DNA of 64,000 nucleotides from Flectonema sp. DT1601. Taxonomy: Eukaryota. The stretch spans positions 1,550,001 through 1,614,000 of the forward strand of contig OZ025786.1 of assembly GCA_964019425.1 (NCBI GenBank). The letters are read 5' to 3'. Within the stretch, counting starts at the first letter, position 1, and every line of letters begins with the position of its first letter. Position numbers and translations under genes: made by a program. This document shows positions 11,428 through 23,000 of this stretch, piece by piece. The notes beneath the pieces were generated by a model. It worked only from the letters and a program-made list of their open reading frames with translations. It made no database searches and had not been told where the DNA came from.

Positions 11428-11850
11428 GTGGTAACAAATCGATGATGGTTTATTATTTTTTTTAGATTTTAAAAAAGTATGCGCTGCTTGTTTCGAGACC
11501 TACGAATCGATCCTTAGAATCGAATGGTCCTTCGCAACTTTACAACTTCGTGTAGTAGGTATCAACTACCCGTGTGGTTATTATTACTGGCTCAATCGGT
11601 AATGGTCAGTCCCCTAGCCATTGTTATCTAAACACACATCTGATTCGTGATATTACTGCAAATTAAAAAAAAGCTTTCTTAGAGCTCACCTCCAGCTGGG
11701 TTGTTTTTTTGTATAACACAAATGGCAATGCCACTTCTTTACTCATAAAGGAGAAACAACATGACACACGTTTTGAGTTTTTTTTTAAAAAAAAAAAAAA
11801 AAAAATTAATGTTTTTTTTTTTATCTCTTACAATACAGACTATAAGAAAA

Positions 11851-13284
11851 ATGGCACCTATGCTGCCACCTCCTAAACCCTTGGCGAGGAATACGGTAGC
11901 CAAGGGAATTCCTATTGCGGAGATAAAGTATAAAAAACCAGAATGGTCAGGGAAAGGTTCACGAGGATGGGGAAGGTTTGAAGTAGTAAAAGGGGGCAGC
12001 CTAGTAGACATATTAAAAATAAGTAAAGAATACCACATCATAGGAAGAGACACTAGATGTGATACAGTTATAGAACACCCCAGCAGCTCAAGACAACATG
12101 CTGTATTTCAATTAAGTAGGAATGACGATATTTACGTATATGACTGTGATTCAGCTCATGGAACATTCGTCAACAAAAAACAAATAAAATCAAAAACTCA
12201 CATTAAACTGAATTCAGGTGATTCTGTGGTCTTTGGAAACAGCACTCGCTGTTTTGTACTGGATATACCAAGTGAAGAAGAACCTAAAGTGATTGTAACC
12301 GAATCGATGAGCTCTGAGTTAGAATTATTTAATACTAATAAGGAAAGTATTAAAGACTTATTACTTACAAAGCAATCCACTACAACAAGTAGTAATACGA
12401 ATACTGTAAACATTATTAAGGATGATCGGATAGAGGACGTCATTGGGTTCGACGAGGATGATGAGTTCTACGATCGAACTGTAAAAAAATCAAAATCAAC
12501 AAAAAATAAAAAAATAACATCGAATACGTTGAAAAAAGACATTTCTCGATTGGAATCTGAACAAATTACGTCGTCAAAAGAACGACAAGAACTTCTTAAT
12601 GATATCACTTCTGCTACCAATCTTGTTGAACAGTATGCTGATGATCCTCACCAGTCCTACATGGCTCAGGCTTCTTTATCAACCTCACGGGATCAATTAA
12701 AGTTACTCGATTCTCGCATCAAACAAACTGCTTCTGAGCTCCAATCGAAAATGGTAACTCTGCAGTCGGTGTTGCCGGTGTTGCCGGAGTTAAAAAAACC
12801 GACATCACACTCGGAAGAAAAGAAGGGTCAGATTACGCCAGGTGAGATTCAAATGATAAAGAGACCTAAAAAAGAAAATCAGCAACCGAAAATAAATAAC
12901 GTCGACACTGAGCAGCTGCTTAAAGCTCGAGAAGAAGAACTGAAAAGTCGAAGAGAAGAGAAAGAGACTCGAAAACAGTCAGCGATGAGCATACTAAAAG
13001 ATATTCAATCTGACATGGGACTCATCAGACAAAAGAAATCCAACAGTGAGAGAGCATCCGAGTCTTCAACACCCGCAACTGATGACATCAACTTGGTACC
13101 TTCTAATAATGATAACATCGACTGCTCAGACAAATCCGACAACAGTACTTGGGTCCAACCCACTGGACAAACCGGAGATGGTCGTTCTGCCGTATGTGTT
13201 CTGATTCTACTTTTGTTTTATGAAAACAAACAAAACAATAAAAAAAAAAAAAAAAAACAGCTGAACGACCTCCTCGGGTACTAA
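11851..13284 (+). CDS. SLC4A1AP: Kanadaptin-like FHA-domain protein (in-frame intron 13192-13260)
   Basis: FHA motifs IIGR, HPSSSRQHA, SAHGTFVN; DDDEFYDRT. Removing the 69-nt GTATGT...CAG intron gives WVQPTGQTGDGRSALNDLLGY*, matching the kanadaptin C-terminal motif. Confidence 0.8.
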   Translation: MAPMLPPPKPLARNTVAKGIPIAEIKYKKPEWSGKGSRGWGRFEVVKGGSLVDILKISKEYHIIGRDTRCDTVIEHPSSSRQHAVFQLSRNDDIYVYDCDSAHGTFVNKKQIKSKTHIKLNSGDSVVFGNSTRCFVLDIPSEEEPKVIVTESMSSELELFNTNKESIKDLLLTKQSTTTSSNTNTVNIIKDDRIEDVIGFDEDDEFYDRTVKKSKSTKNKKITSNTLKKDISRLESEQITSSKERQELLNDITSATNLVEQYADDPHQSYMAQASLSTSRDQLKLLDSRIKQTASELQSKMVTLQSVLPVLPELKKPTSHSEEKKGQITPGEIQMIKRPKKENQQPKINNVDTEQLLKAREEELKSRREEKETRKQSAMSILKDIQSDMGLIRQKKSNSERASESSTPATDDINLVPSNNDNIDCSDKSDNSTWVQPTGQTGDGRSAVCVLILLLFYENKQNNKKKKKKQLNDLLGY

Positions 13285-13497
13285 CCTACATAACACAACC
13301 TGTATCAGATTATGGGAATTAGATGAAATTATATTGGCTTATGACAAGCCAGGGGATGATTAGTTTTTTTTCTTTTTTTTCTTCAACACAATTTACATTA
13401 TTCTTCTAAAGGTCAATATTATGATAAACCTCTATTAACGAAGGGTTTGAGTTGAAGGGAGAGCTTTATACACAAAAAAAAAAAAAAAAAAAAAAAA

Positions 13498-14535
13498 ATG
13501 AAAGGAAACCCCGATGCGAAAGCTGGAATCAATATTTCAGCGATTCCAAAAATATCAAAAATATCACTTCGTGGAAAGTATGAGAGCGACATGTTTGATG
13601 GACCACAAGTAATTAAAAAGATGGAAATGGGTGAACTCGAGGAATGGACGAGAGGAATGGAGTGGCACCCAGGACTTCTACTCAAACGACCAAATGAAAA
13701 GTTTAACGTCTACACATCCAAGGATGGTAAAATAATAACAGAAGATAAGAAAGCGGGTTGCCCATATTCCTATCAATCAGGAACTAAGTCGTTAAAGATG
13801 GCTCCCAGGCAGTTGGTTGATACTCTCGCAATGAAAAACCGAACGTACAAATATCAATTTCAAGACACTATACTTGACACAGAGAAAGCCTGTAACGAAA
13901 GCTTACTCGGAAGTATCTGTCACGCGATTCACTACGGAGGTGTTCACAGTAATGATCTCTGTTATAGTGAACCTGGTAGCTATGTTCCCTTACGTTATTA
14001 TGATACAAACTGTCTTAGGTATCAAGTTTCTGGAAGGAGGAAATTAGTATTTTTCAATCCAGCATCATACACTTCTCTTTATCCATTTCCAGTTTCACAT
14101 CCTGCTGACAAGTTTAGTCAAGTTGGTGATTATCTTCATAATGGGACTCAACCGCCTGATGGAAAGTTTCCAAGATACATGTCAGCAGGAGAAGGTGGGA
14201 AGTTCACTTGTGAATTGCTACCGGGTGAAGTATTGTGTCTTCCGCAATATTGGTGGATATATGAATTACCCTCAAAGGAAGCTGTCACTACATTAACCTT
14301 ATACTGCATACCTGAACAACAGAAATCTAAGCTCGTTGAACATGGTTACCGACGAACACTTGAACTTCTTCTTAATGGTAAGTTAGAATCTACTGAAGCA
14401 CATAAGTTGTGGTCTTGTATTGATCTTGGATTTATTCCTTCAACTGGGTTCCACAGAGATGGTTTGAATACTATTTTAGAAAAGACTCAGCGTCACATTG
14501 GTGGAACTCGTCACTCTGTGCTTCTACGGGTATGA
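13498..14535 (+). CDS. JmjC/cupin-8 domain protein, FIH (HIF1AN)-like, probably inactive
   Basis: QVSGRRKLVFFNP, LYPFPVSHPADKFSQV and LLPGEVLCLPQYWW resemble FIH; the HxD and distal His ligand positions appear substituted. Confidence 0.75.
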   Translation: MKGNPDAKAGINISAIPKISKISLRGKYESDMFDGPQVIKKMEMGELEEWTRGMEWHPGLLLKRPNEKFNVYTSKDGKIITEDKKAGCPYSYQSGTKSLKMAPRQLVDTLAMKNRTYKYQFQDTILDTEKACNESLLGSICHAIHYGGVHSNDLCYSEPGSYVPLRYYDTNCLRYQVSGRRKLVFFNPASYTSLYPFPVSHPADKFSQVGDYLHNGTQPPDGKFPRYMSAGEGGKFTCELLPGEVLCLPQYWWIYELPSKEAVTTLTLYCIPEQQKSKLVEHGYRRTLELLLNGKLESTEAHKLWSCIDLGFIPSTGFHRDGLNTILEKTQRHIGGTRHSVLLRV

Positions 14536-15642
14536 AAACATTTACTTTTTTTTTGTACCTACAAACCCATTGTTCGGTAGAAAGGGAATTGTGGCAGCGT
14601 AACTACCTATTCATTTATTAGGATTTTCTACCGGTTGCGCACAAACAAAATAAAAGTGTGAGTGAGTAAGTAAAAAGTGAAGTTTACCGATTCTTTTTTT
14701 TTTTTTTTTTTTTTTGTTCGTTCTGTAGAGAGCTGCTCAGGTTGCTCGCATAAAACAAAAGTAAGTGACAGCAGCCTGATGCTATTTCTTGTGTCGCTTT
14801 CTTTGAAAAATTCCTCATAACAGGAGGCACTGCGTGCAATCAGAAACCGGGAAAAAACAAACAAACAAACAAACAGGAAATTGCAAAAGGTCGCTTTCAC
14901 ACATTAACACTTAAAGACAAGTACCTTCAACATCTATTATCGGGTTCAAAAGAACCGTATGAAGAAGAACCTAATAATGCTCTTCCACTTGCTCACTGGA
15001 TTAAATAAAAATGACACGGCGGAGGTTTGTACGGGAACAAAAAAAAAAAAAAAAAAGTCAGTCCGGCATGAGAAGGGTTCGTACGTAGCTCGTAGTCTCT
15101 TGGCTACGCAGAGTCCGTTTCTATGACACTCCGAAGACAAGACGTGAAGCCAATGCGAGATGGATATCTGGTGGGTCCTGTCGGTTGGATAGTAACCAAG
15201 AATTCCAGAGCAATGGATTTTGATTCCAAAGAAAGACTCCTTCTTCCGCGTCACCCTACAATGGATGGCAGGGAATACACGAGAAGAACTGCTGATTCCG
15301 GGAGTGCATATTCAGAACTACAACCAATGGCTTACTAGTAGCTACTTACATCACAGTGCTCTCGCTTATAAAGCATTGCAATCATCATGACAAAGTACTC
15401 AGAAGAGATGGCCTCGGAAGCCAGCATACTGAGATTCACGTTCATGCCACCAATCAAAAAAAGGCGACTGTTTGCATAGTTCTGTTGATATTTGATTAGG
15501 TCAGTTAGTAGAGTTTATGAAGTCAATCCACTACTTGGACAATCTTTATGAGATATTAACAAGTAAGTTAATAGTTAACCGTGTCGTAGTATAGATTAGT
15601 GTGTGTTATCTTTCCCTCTCAGCTTCCTAACAAAATATAAAA

Positions 15643-18600
15643 ATGTCTCTCCGACCTTCTACAGTTGGAACATACTACTCTCGTGGTGAGTGTGAACGGT
15701 ATATTCACAAAGCAATCCATCAGAAAAAGAAAGAAACTGAACCTATCACTGACAGCGTATTTAAAGCACACACAGAGAGAGGTAATAAGTTCGAAGATGA
15801 TTTAGTAAGAAAGTTAGCTTTAACAACAACCGTCATAAATGCTGAAAACGAAGAACCACTAAACAGCGAGACTATAATGCCTTTTATTAAAAAACACAAA
15901 CCGGAAGACGGCAACCCGTCAACAATATATTTTGCTCAATTCCCTTTAGCCCCTGTTACTCTTTATGGTACCTCAACAAGTAGGGCATTCCCTGACCTGT
16001 TGAGAGTTACGTATCATGAGAATGATTCGATTCACGTCACTATAATTGACATTAAAAGCAGTTCAAAGGCTAAGATTTCTCACTGGGCTCAAATAACGAC
16101 TTATCGACTTATTCTAACGAATATGATTAAGGACAGAAGTGTCGTGATATCTACATTTGGTGAGGTTTGGATTCCCTCAAATAATAAAAATAACTACTCA
16201 ATTCATGAGATGTGTTTACTAGCGACTACTGAACAGATAATTAAGTTAATAAAAACACTACCAAAAACACCAACGGAGTCATCACCGTCATGGAATCTCT
16301 CATCTACGTGTGGTGGATGTGATTACCTAAACCAGTGTCGATCTGAAGCTGAAGGTACTCTCAAAGCAATTCCGCTTCTTACAAAGGGAAGGTTTAAATC
16401 ATTAACCGACATCGAGGATTTAAATTCAAACATCCATCACGACTGTTCAACGTCGATGAGTAGCGATCTCCCTGAAACTATCTCTACTGGAATGGGTGAT
16501 GAATCAGTAATTAGAGTAGACCGACTTAATGTTGCAGAGCAACTGTCATTCAAGACTTTGAATGATAAGAACATTAGACTTCGATCTTTCAAAGAGCATC
16601 TGCTGTCAGCAGAACCTCCATCAGTTTATATTGTGATTAGCATCTTAAGAGATTACTCTGATGCTGTTGGGACGTCTAAATCATTAGTAGCAGCGGTTTT
16701 TGATGATAAAGGTGATCGATGCGAAAGTAAACAATTTGAACAAACAAACTGCAAAGAGGTACTTTCATTTTTACATAAACAAATACCATCAAATCAGTCA
16801 GTTGAGTTATACACTGCAACTGATGGAGATCGTGCGATCTTCATCACAATGTTATGTCAAGAATTCACTAACAGATCAGCAACACCTGATGAGAAGCAAA
16901 TCTTATCATATATATTCGATGCTGATACATTACACGGTCTCGGGATATATACTCCAGATCTTTTTAGAGGATTAGATACTTACAAACCTGTTTTAAGTAC
17001 TTCAGTGACATCTTCGCAATTGCAACTTATGAATTTAAGACGAGGTACTAGTGCGAAGGGTACAAAAGAGAGTTTAATGAAGAATCTGTTGTTAACTTTT
17101 GGGGAAGAAAAAACTCTGACAGAGGGCATTCAGGAAGAGTTGAGTTCATTCGACGGTCGCAATGGACTGCGAGCAGTTCCATACCTGATATCTACGATGT
17201 GTTGTCTTCCGACAGTGGGATACACGTCTGTTGATGAGTTGTATGAGTTTTTTGATGCAGACTTTCCTGCTGAGACGGAACTACTGACATCCTCACTTCA
17301 TGACATACATGGTATGCTGCAAGCTAGATGTGACTCTGCTATAAGTGTGATAGTAAGTGTCAGGGGAACCTTTCAAGAATCCTTAAAAGGAACACCTGTT
17401 TCTTCTATCAAATCTCCGCTTGAATTACCTCTTTCATTATCAAACATTGAGAGTTACAGCATCCAACGAATGATTTATTTAAAACAGCTCGCAATGAAGA
17501 CAAATTGTACCGAAGCAGTCAACGATCGCAGTACCGGTGAAGGACTCATCTCAGCAAAAATAATCGACAAAAAAAAATTAAAAATATCTATAAGTAACGG
17601 AAAGGACCTCTACGAGAAGAATAATTCTGCTTTGGAAGAGGCATTTCGAGGTGGTGCCTGGTTGGCATCGTTTGGTTCGAGTCCCGAATCGCACATCTTT
17701 TTTTCTGATGTGGCATATCATGCATACACGCAGAACAGTTCTGGATGGGTTCCAGGTGCTAATAATGAGTTTTTGTGTGTTGCTGACATTCTGCCAAAGG
17801 GAGAGAAGGCTACAGGCAGTTCATTCAAATATATCAGGGAATGGAGTTTTGAAATCGATCACGACAGCAAGTCGAAGTTAGTTTTGTATCCCGACACTTC
17901 AAACTGGAAAAAGGATCAGAGAGTTCTTAGTAGCATGTTAGATAAATTTGACTCTCTCACGCTATCAAAAAGAGTCTCTGACTTCGTGTATGATAAATCT
18001 CTTGATTCTTTATTTACGTCTGTGTGTCCAGTGAAAGGGTTTGATAAGGAAAATATATTTTGTAAAGTCTTTCAAAACAGTGTGGTCAACATCAAACCAC
18101 TAATTGGAACTCCACCAACCCCACTAAGCGAATCGGATATTCACATTTGTAAAGAAACTGAAGTACTAACAAAGTCTCAACAAGAAGCTTTCAATCATGC
18201 AATAAATAACAGATTACAGCTGGTTTGGGGACCACCAGGAACGGGTAAAACAACCTACTTGGCTCATGCGATTGCAAAGTTAGTTGAACTCAATTGGGAA
18301 TCCACTAGTTATAACATATTAGTTACAGCAGTTACTCGTGCAGCCATTAATGAATTAATCACGAAGGTTGGGAACCTATTTGAAGGGGAATGGGCAGAAC
18401 GGTGCCTCGTAGGATTTGAAGACCGAGCAGCAGATGTGAAAGGCCAACCAGTTGTTAATAAACCAATCAAAGTAGTCGGAACAACTGCTTGGCAATTAGG
18501 TTCTAAGAATTTAATTTTTCAAAGTCCATGCGACGGACAACCAAAACATTTTAAATCGGAACTTCCACAACAATTCGACTTAATTGTTATTGACGAAGGG

Positions 18601-19521
18601 TCTTTAATGGTCGTAGCAGACACTCCTCGTATTGTAAACAGTTTGGTACCTAAAACTGGAAGGCTCTTTGTTGCTGGTGATCATTTACAGCTACCTCCGA
18701 TTCAGGCTGAGGTAAAACTAAAACAGAATAACATCTGTCACACGGGATCGATCCTTTCATCTCTTATGCTGACCAGCGATGAACTCCCTATTCGTAACGC
18801 GTTTGAAACACCGAAGTTAAATCTTCATTCGTCGGTTGTTAAGTTAGTTGATAATCTTCGATCAAATGATGAAATTTGTAACTTCACGAGCAGGTTGTAT
18901 GGCTCTGATTACACTGTTCCTACTGGTCTGGGAATCTCGTTGCAGTTGAAGAGCACCCTTACAGAGCTTTCCACAGACATCGAAAACACCAACGAACTCG
19001 CAAAAGTACTCCACGACAGTCCTAATTGGAGTAAAGGAATGCTGACCGTAAAGATTATTGGTGAAGTAGGAGTGATGGATGAGGCAAACTTTATTATTCA
19101 ATTAGCTACAACTTTACGACATCTGATTGTGGGTGGTGATGAGATGGAAATATTCGCCACAGTGCCCACTAGAAAACAACGTTCATCAATCACACAGAAC
19201 AACACCACAACAGAAGTACTTTCAGATATAGACACGGTGAATAGTATGCAGGGTAGGACGTGTAATATTTCAGTTGCGGGTTATTGTTGTCCATCTCGCA
19301 CCGAATTTCTTTATGACGTCCGTCGACTTAATGTGGCACTGACTAGAGCTCGTTCTCTCAATGTGTTGGTTGTTTCTGAAACAGTCTTATCTCCTTCTGT
19401 TTCTGTGTGTGATTCTCCTAACTCAGTCCTTGGCTATCAACACCTGAGAGCCTTCGTAAATCAATCAGAAGTCATACAGGTTCAGCTCTCACCGTTCAGT
19501 GCTAAGTTCGTTACTGAGTAG
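15643..19521 (+). CDS. PD-(D/E)XK (Cas4/RecB/Dna2-like) nuclease fused to SF1 (Dna2/Upf1-like) helicase
   Basis: N-terminal C-E-R, FPDLL, IIDIK, QITTY, CGGCDYLNQC. C-terminal WGPPGTGKTT, IVIDEGS, GDHLQLPPI, NLRSN, DTVNSMQG, RRLNVALTRAR. Confidence 0.85.
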   Translation: MSLRPSTVGTYYSRGECERYIHKAIHQKKKETEPITDSVFKAHTERGNKFEDDLVRKLALTTTVINAENEEPLNSETIMPFIKKHKPEDGNPSTIYFAQFPLAPVTLYGTSTSRAFPDLLRVTYHENDSIHVTIIDIKSSSKAKISHWAQITTYRLILTNMIKDRSVVISTFGEVWIPSNNKNNYSIHEMCLLATTEQIIKLIKTLPKTPTESSPSWNLSSTCGGCDYLNQCRSEAEGTLKAIPLLTKGRFKSLTDIEDLNSNIHHDCSTSMSSDLPETISTGMGDESVIRVDRLNVAEQLSFKTLNDKNIRLRSFKEHLLSAEPPSVYIVISILRDYSDAVGTSKSLVAAVFDDKGDRCESKQFEQTNCKEVLSFLHKQIPSNQSVELYTATDGDRAIFITMLCQEFTNRSATPDEKQILSYIFDADTLHGLGIYTPDLFRGLDTYKPVLSTSVTSSQLQLMNLRRGTSAKGTKESLMKNLLLTFGEEKTLTEGIQEELSSFDGRNGLRAVPYLISTMCCLPTVGYTSVDELYEFFDADFPAETELLTSSLHDIHGMLQARCDSAISVIVSVRGTFQESLKGTPVSSIKSPLELPLSLSNIESYSIQRMIYLKQLAMKTNCTEAVNDRSTGEGLISAKIIDKKKLKISISNGKDLYEKNNSALEEAFRGGAWLASFGSSPESHIFFSDVAYHAYTQNSSGWVPGANNEFLCVADILPKGEKATGSSFKYIREWSFEIDHDSKSKLVLYPDTSNWKKDQRVLSSMLDKFDSLTLSKRVSDFVYDKSLDSLFTSVCPVKGFDKENIFCKVFQNSVVNIKPLIGTPPTPLSESDIHICKETEVLTKSQQEAFNHAINNRLQLVWGPPGTGKTTYLAHAIAKLVELNWESTSYNILVTAVTRAAINELITKVGNLFEGEWAERCLVGFEDRAADVKGQPVVNKPIKVVGTTAWQLGSKNLIFQSPCDGQPKHFKSELPQQFDLIVIDEGSLMVVADTPRIVNSLVPKTGRLFVAGDHLQLPPIQAEVKLKQNNICHTGSILSSLMLTSDELPIRNAFETPKLNLHSSVVKLVDNLRSNDEICNFTSRLYGSDYTVPTGLGISLQLKSTLTELSTDIENTNELAKVLHDSPNWSKGMLTVKIIGEVGVMDEANFIIQLATTLRHLIVGGDEMEIFATVPTRKQRSSITQNNTTTEVLSDIDTVNSMQGRTCNISVAGYCCPSRTEFLYDVRRLNVALTRARSLNVLVVSETVLSPSVSVCDSPNSVLGYQHLRAFVNQSEVIQVQLSPFSAKFVTE

Positions 19522-19525
19522 TTTC

Positions 19526-19556
<31 letters not shown>

Positions 19557-20060
19557 CTCCACCCGCGAAGTCTCCCATCCCATACAAAGACACGTTTCAT
19601 TAGAGTGTGGAGATATAAGAAAAATATTTCTTATACCTGCTTGTGCGCCAAACCGACTGAAAAAAACAACAACAACAGCTTGTTTACATAGTGTTGCTTC
19701 TCTTAATTTCTTTTTTAATGACGTTGACTGGAGCACTTTTTTTTTACCGAACGAAACTACAAACAACGAATAGATGATTAAAGTACCTTCACAACACCTT
19801 CGTGAAACGATGGCAATTGGCTCTCTTGAGCAATTCAATGGAAAAAAAAAAAAGAACAAAAAAAACTTCATCCCATAACCGTTCTATCCTTTTGGGAATT
19901 TGTTTGTCAGTTGTTGAAAGTGAACATTAATTTAATTTAAATCTTTTTTAAATTCAAATTCAGATAACGACACACACCATGCTACATAATACATTCTGAC
20001 CGTTCTATTCATTTTTAACACTTTTTATATCACATCGTACTACAGTTTGGCACACCCGAC

Positions 20061-23000
20061 ATGGCGTTGGAGTGGTTTTGGATCCCCGTTGGGATAGCTG
20101 TAGCAATAATTTTAATATTGTTAGTACTGTTGTGTAGAAGATTGGGACGTAGAGCACGAGTTAATATTGTTGATGAAAAGGGAGAAGACAGCAATCAGTT
20201 GGGGAGGCTTGCAGCTCCAGCGATAGTACCAAACGGTGGAAAGCATCCTGCGGGAACTCCTATTGTAATCGTACCAAGTGAGAGTGCTGGGGTGTATGCG
20301 AGGATCGGAAGACCAACAGAAATCCAAAATGAAAAGTTCAAAAACTACGATGGTCAAACCATATGTCTGGGTCAACCCAACCAGGCAGGAGTAATACGAG
20401 AGGGTGATGAAAAGTTATGGAGAGTTGGTACTTTCATCATCCAGGCATTCAGCTATGCCCCAGGTAGGGTCGATTCAGAAGTAGCCACGGTGATGGTTGA
20501 GGTAGTACCACCTACTGGGGAAGTGTTCTTTAGTCATTCTGCTGGTTGTTATGATTCTCCTTTTGAACTTGTTTTATTTCATCCTGACACTTCAAATATA
20601 TTATTTACGTATTCAGAAGGTAGTCATCCCGCTGAAAATCCTTGGGAATGCGGCATACCATACACTCATCCAATTCCAATAACATCTACTTGCGAAGTGA
20701 GAGCTGCAGTTCAGGGTTCTCGAACACCTGCAGCAGCTAAGCGTTTTACGATACCAGAGGTGATCCCTCCACCTGGAATATTCGTATCTGGTAGTAACTG
20801 TGCTAGTCAGAGTATAGCTGTTTTCCCTGGTGATCCCATAACATTTGGTAGTGTTTATGGTGCTACACTTCTATACTCAATGCGTCGAATAGGTAAATGT
20901 GATCCATCAAGCGTAGCAACACAACCATCTTGTGTATACACCAACGCCTTAGTAGCAACTCCTGGTGCTTGGGAAATTATTACTTTGGCACAGAAAAGTG
21001 ATTGGAAAGATTCAACTGAGTCTTTTATTAGAGTCTTGTGTGCTCCTGAGATGCCAAGAGTCGATCCCTCCACCGTAAGTGGAATGGCACCCCACACTGT
21101 TAGATTGTTATGTAATGGAAGTAGTGACTACTACACAGCTAATGTTATTATTCAGTATCATGTAGTCGTTAATGGTGAGATATTAGAAGGGACAAGTGAG
21201 CCATTCGCTAACTCATGTGAGCTTACTCTACCCAGTGGTCACTATATATTGAATGCAACATGTTTCGATCTCGACACGGACTTAAGATCTCGAGAAGTTG
21301 TAAGGGAAATATCAGTCGGAGAAGTTAAGAAGAAGAAACTATCTCCTTGTACCATTCATCCAAATGGGGGAGAACATATAGTCGGAGAAGATCCTTTGAT
21401 GGTTGTAATTAATTCTGGTGATGTGGGTGAGGGTGATCTCATTTGCGAAATTGAGATTCGTCAACCAGATAAGAAAATAACGAAAACGATAACAGCACCG
21501 ATTGGTGAAGAAGTTTCAATACCGCTACTTGGAAGGTTAAAAGTCGCAGCTGTTGTTATCTCACCTGACGGAACCCGAAGCACTCCAACCTTTGCATCGT
21601 TCACAGCAAAACCTCCGGCACCGAAATTATCTCCCAAAAACGGTGAATTCACTAGCAGCAGCTCTCTAAAGGTTTACCTTTACAAACCAGTAATGAATCC
21701 AATTATGGATATCTCTGACGTAAACCTCGTATACGAATTAACAAAATGGCATAGAGGATCATCAGAGACTACTACTATGAATAACAATCCAGATGCTCAA
21801 CCAATACCGATAGGAGCAGCTGGTAGGTATCAAGTGACGGCATATTTAGAAGTTGATGGCGTTAGATCACCAGAGTGCAGTGGATGGTATACTGTTCATT
21901 CTGATCCGTTGTCGGCACCTATTCCGGTGTTTAAACCAAGTCGAAAATATCATTCGGTTGGTGATAATGTTGAAGTTTCAATATCAACTACCGATCCATT
22001 AGCAAAAATATTCTGGTCAGACGGTTCTGACGGTGAATTCAAATTATACAAAACACCTATTTCTATATCACAATCAACAACAATGAAATCATACAGCACT
22101 CAAGAAGGTGTTCGCAACAGTGATATTGCGACTCAAGATTATGAGTTTTCAGGTGCCTCTCCAGGAGGTACTCGGCGACCACTTCTACCACCAGAAATCC
22201 ATCCAAAAGAACGATACATTGAAGGAAAAAACTCAATAGAAGTAATTATAAGCCAACCTGGTGTTTCATTTCATGAAGATGCAAAGATACTATACTCTAT
22301 TGATGAGGGGAATGAAAAAGTTTACAATCCAGACCATGAAATCATCCTTCAGCGTTCAGATGCGAAACCTAACGGAGATGTTTATATATGTGCTTACATT
22401 GAAGTACCTGGGATTGGTATTTCGGGTTCAACGAAAAAGACTTATAGTTTTGTTGATAATTCTACTCCAAGACAACGTGGTCATACCGAAAGTATAAAGA
22501 AACCAGTCGTGACTGTCCACGCTCATCAATTGTTAGTAGAGCTTAGACCGAATGAAAGTATAAAACATAAAAATGATATTAAAATATTATACACTGTTGA
22601 CGGTAGTTTTCCGTTAACTCGAGAGGGTGGATCTACACGAGTATTAGATTCAGGAAAAACAATTGAAATACCGCGACATGGATGTACAGAATTACGATGT
22701 CTGTGTATAGATACGAAGAACAGACTTCCTCCTTCAAGAGTTATATCAAAAACCTTTTCTGAGGGGATTGGATATTTACCTGTAGCGGTTCCGACTCACT
22801 CAGAAATTGCTAATCAGTCTGACACTAATTCAAATGAATTACAGCCACCCTCACTAATAGCTCATGCTCGTGTTGTTGTTTTAATTGCGACCTGTTCGAC
22901 TCCTGATAGTGTTATTAGATACGCTTTTGGGGATGTGAATATTAATTCTGAGAGTTCAATATTTCCTTCTCAAGGACTTCAAATTGTCACAAGCAATCCT

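Noticed and set aside
14530..14580. Possible terminal intron (GTATGA...TAG) in the JmjC gene
   Set aside because: The donor deviates from GT(A/T)TGT, there is no A-rich 3' half, and the downstream peptide is unconvincing.
15643..16350. Cas4 as evidence of a CRISPR-Cas system
   Set aside because: The fold is shared with Dna2/AddB/RecB nucleases, and no cas1 or array is present.
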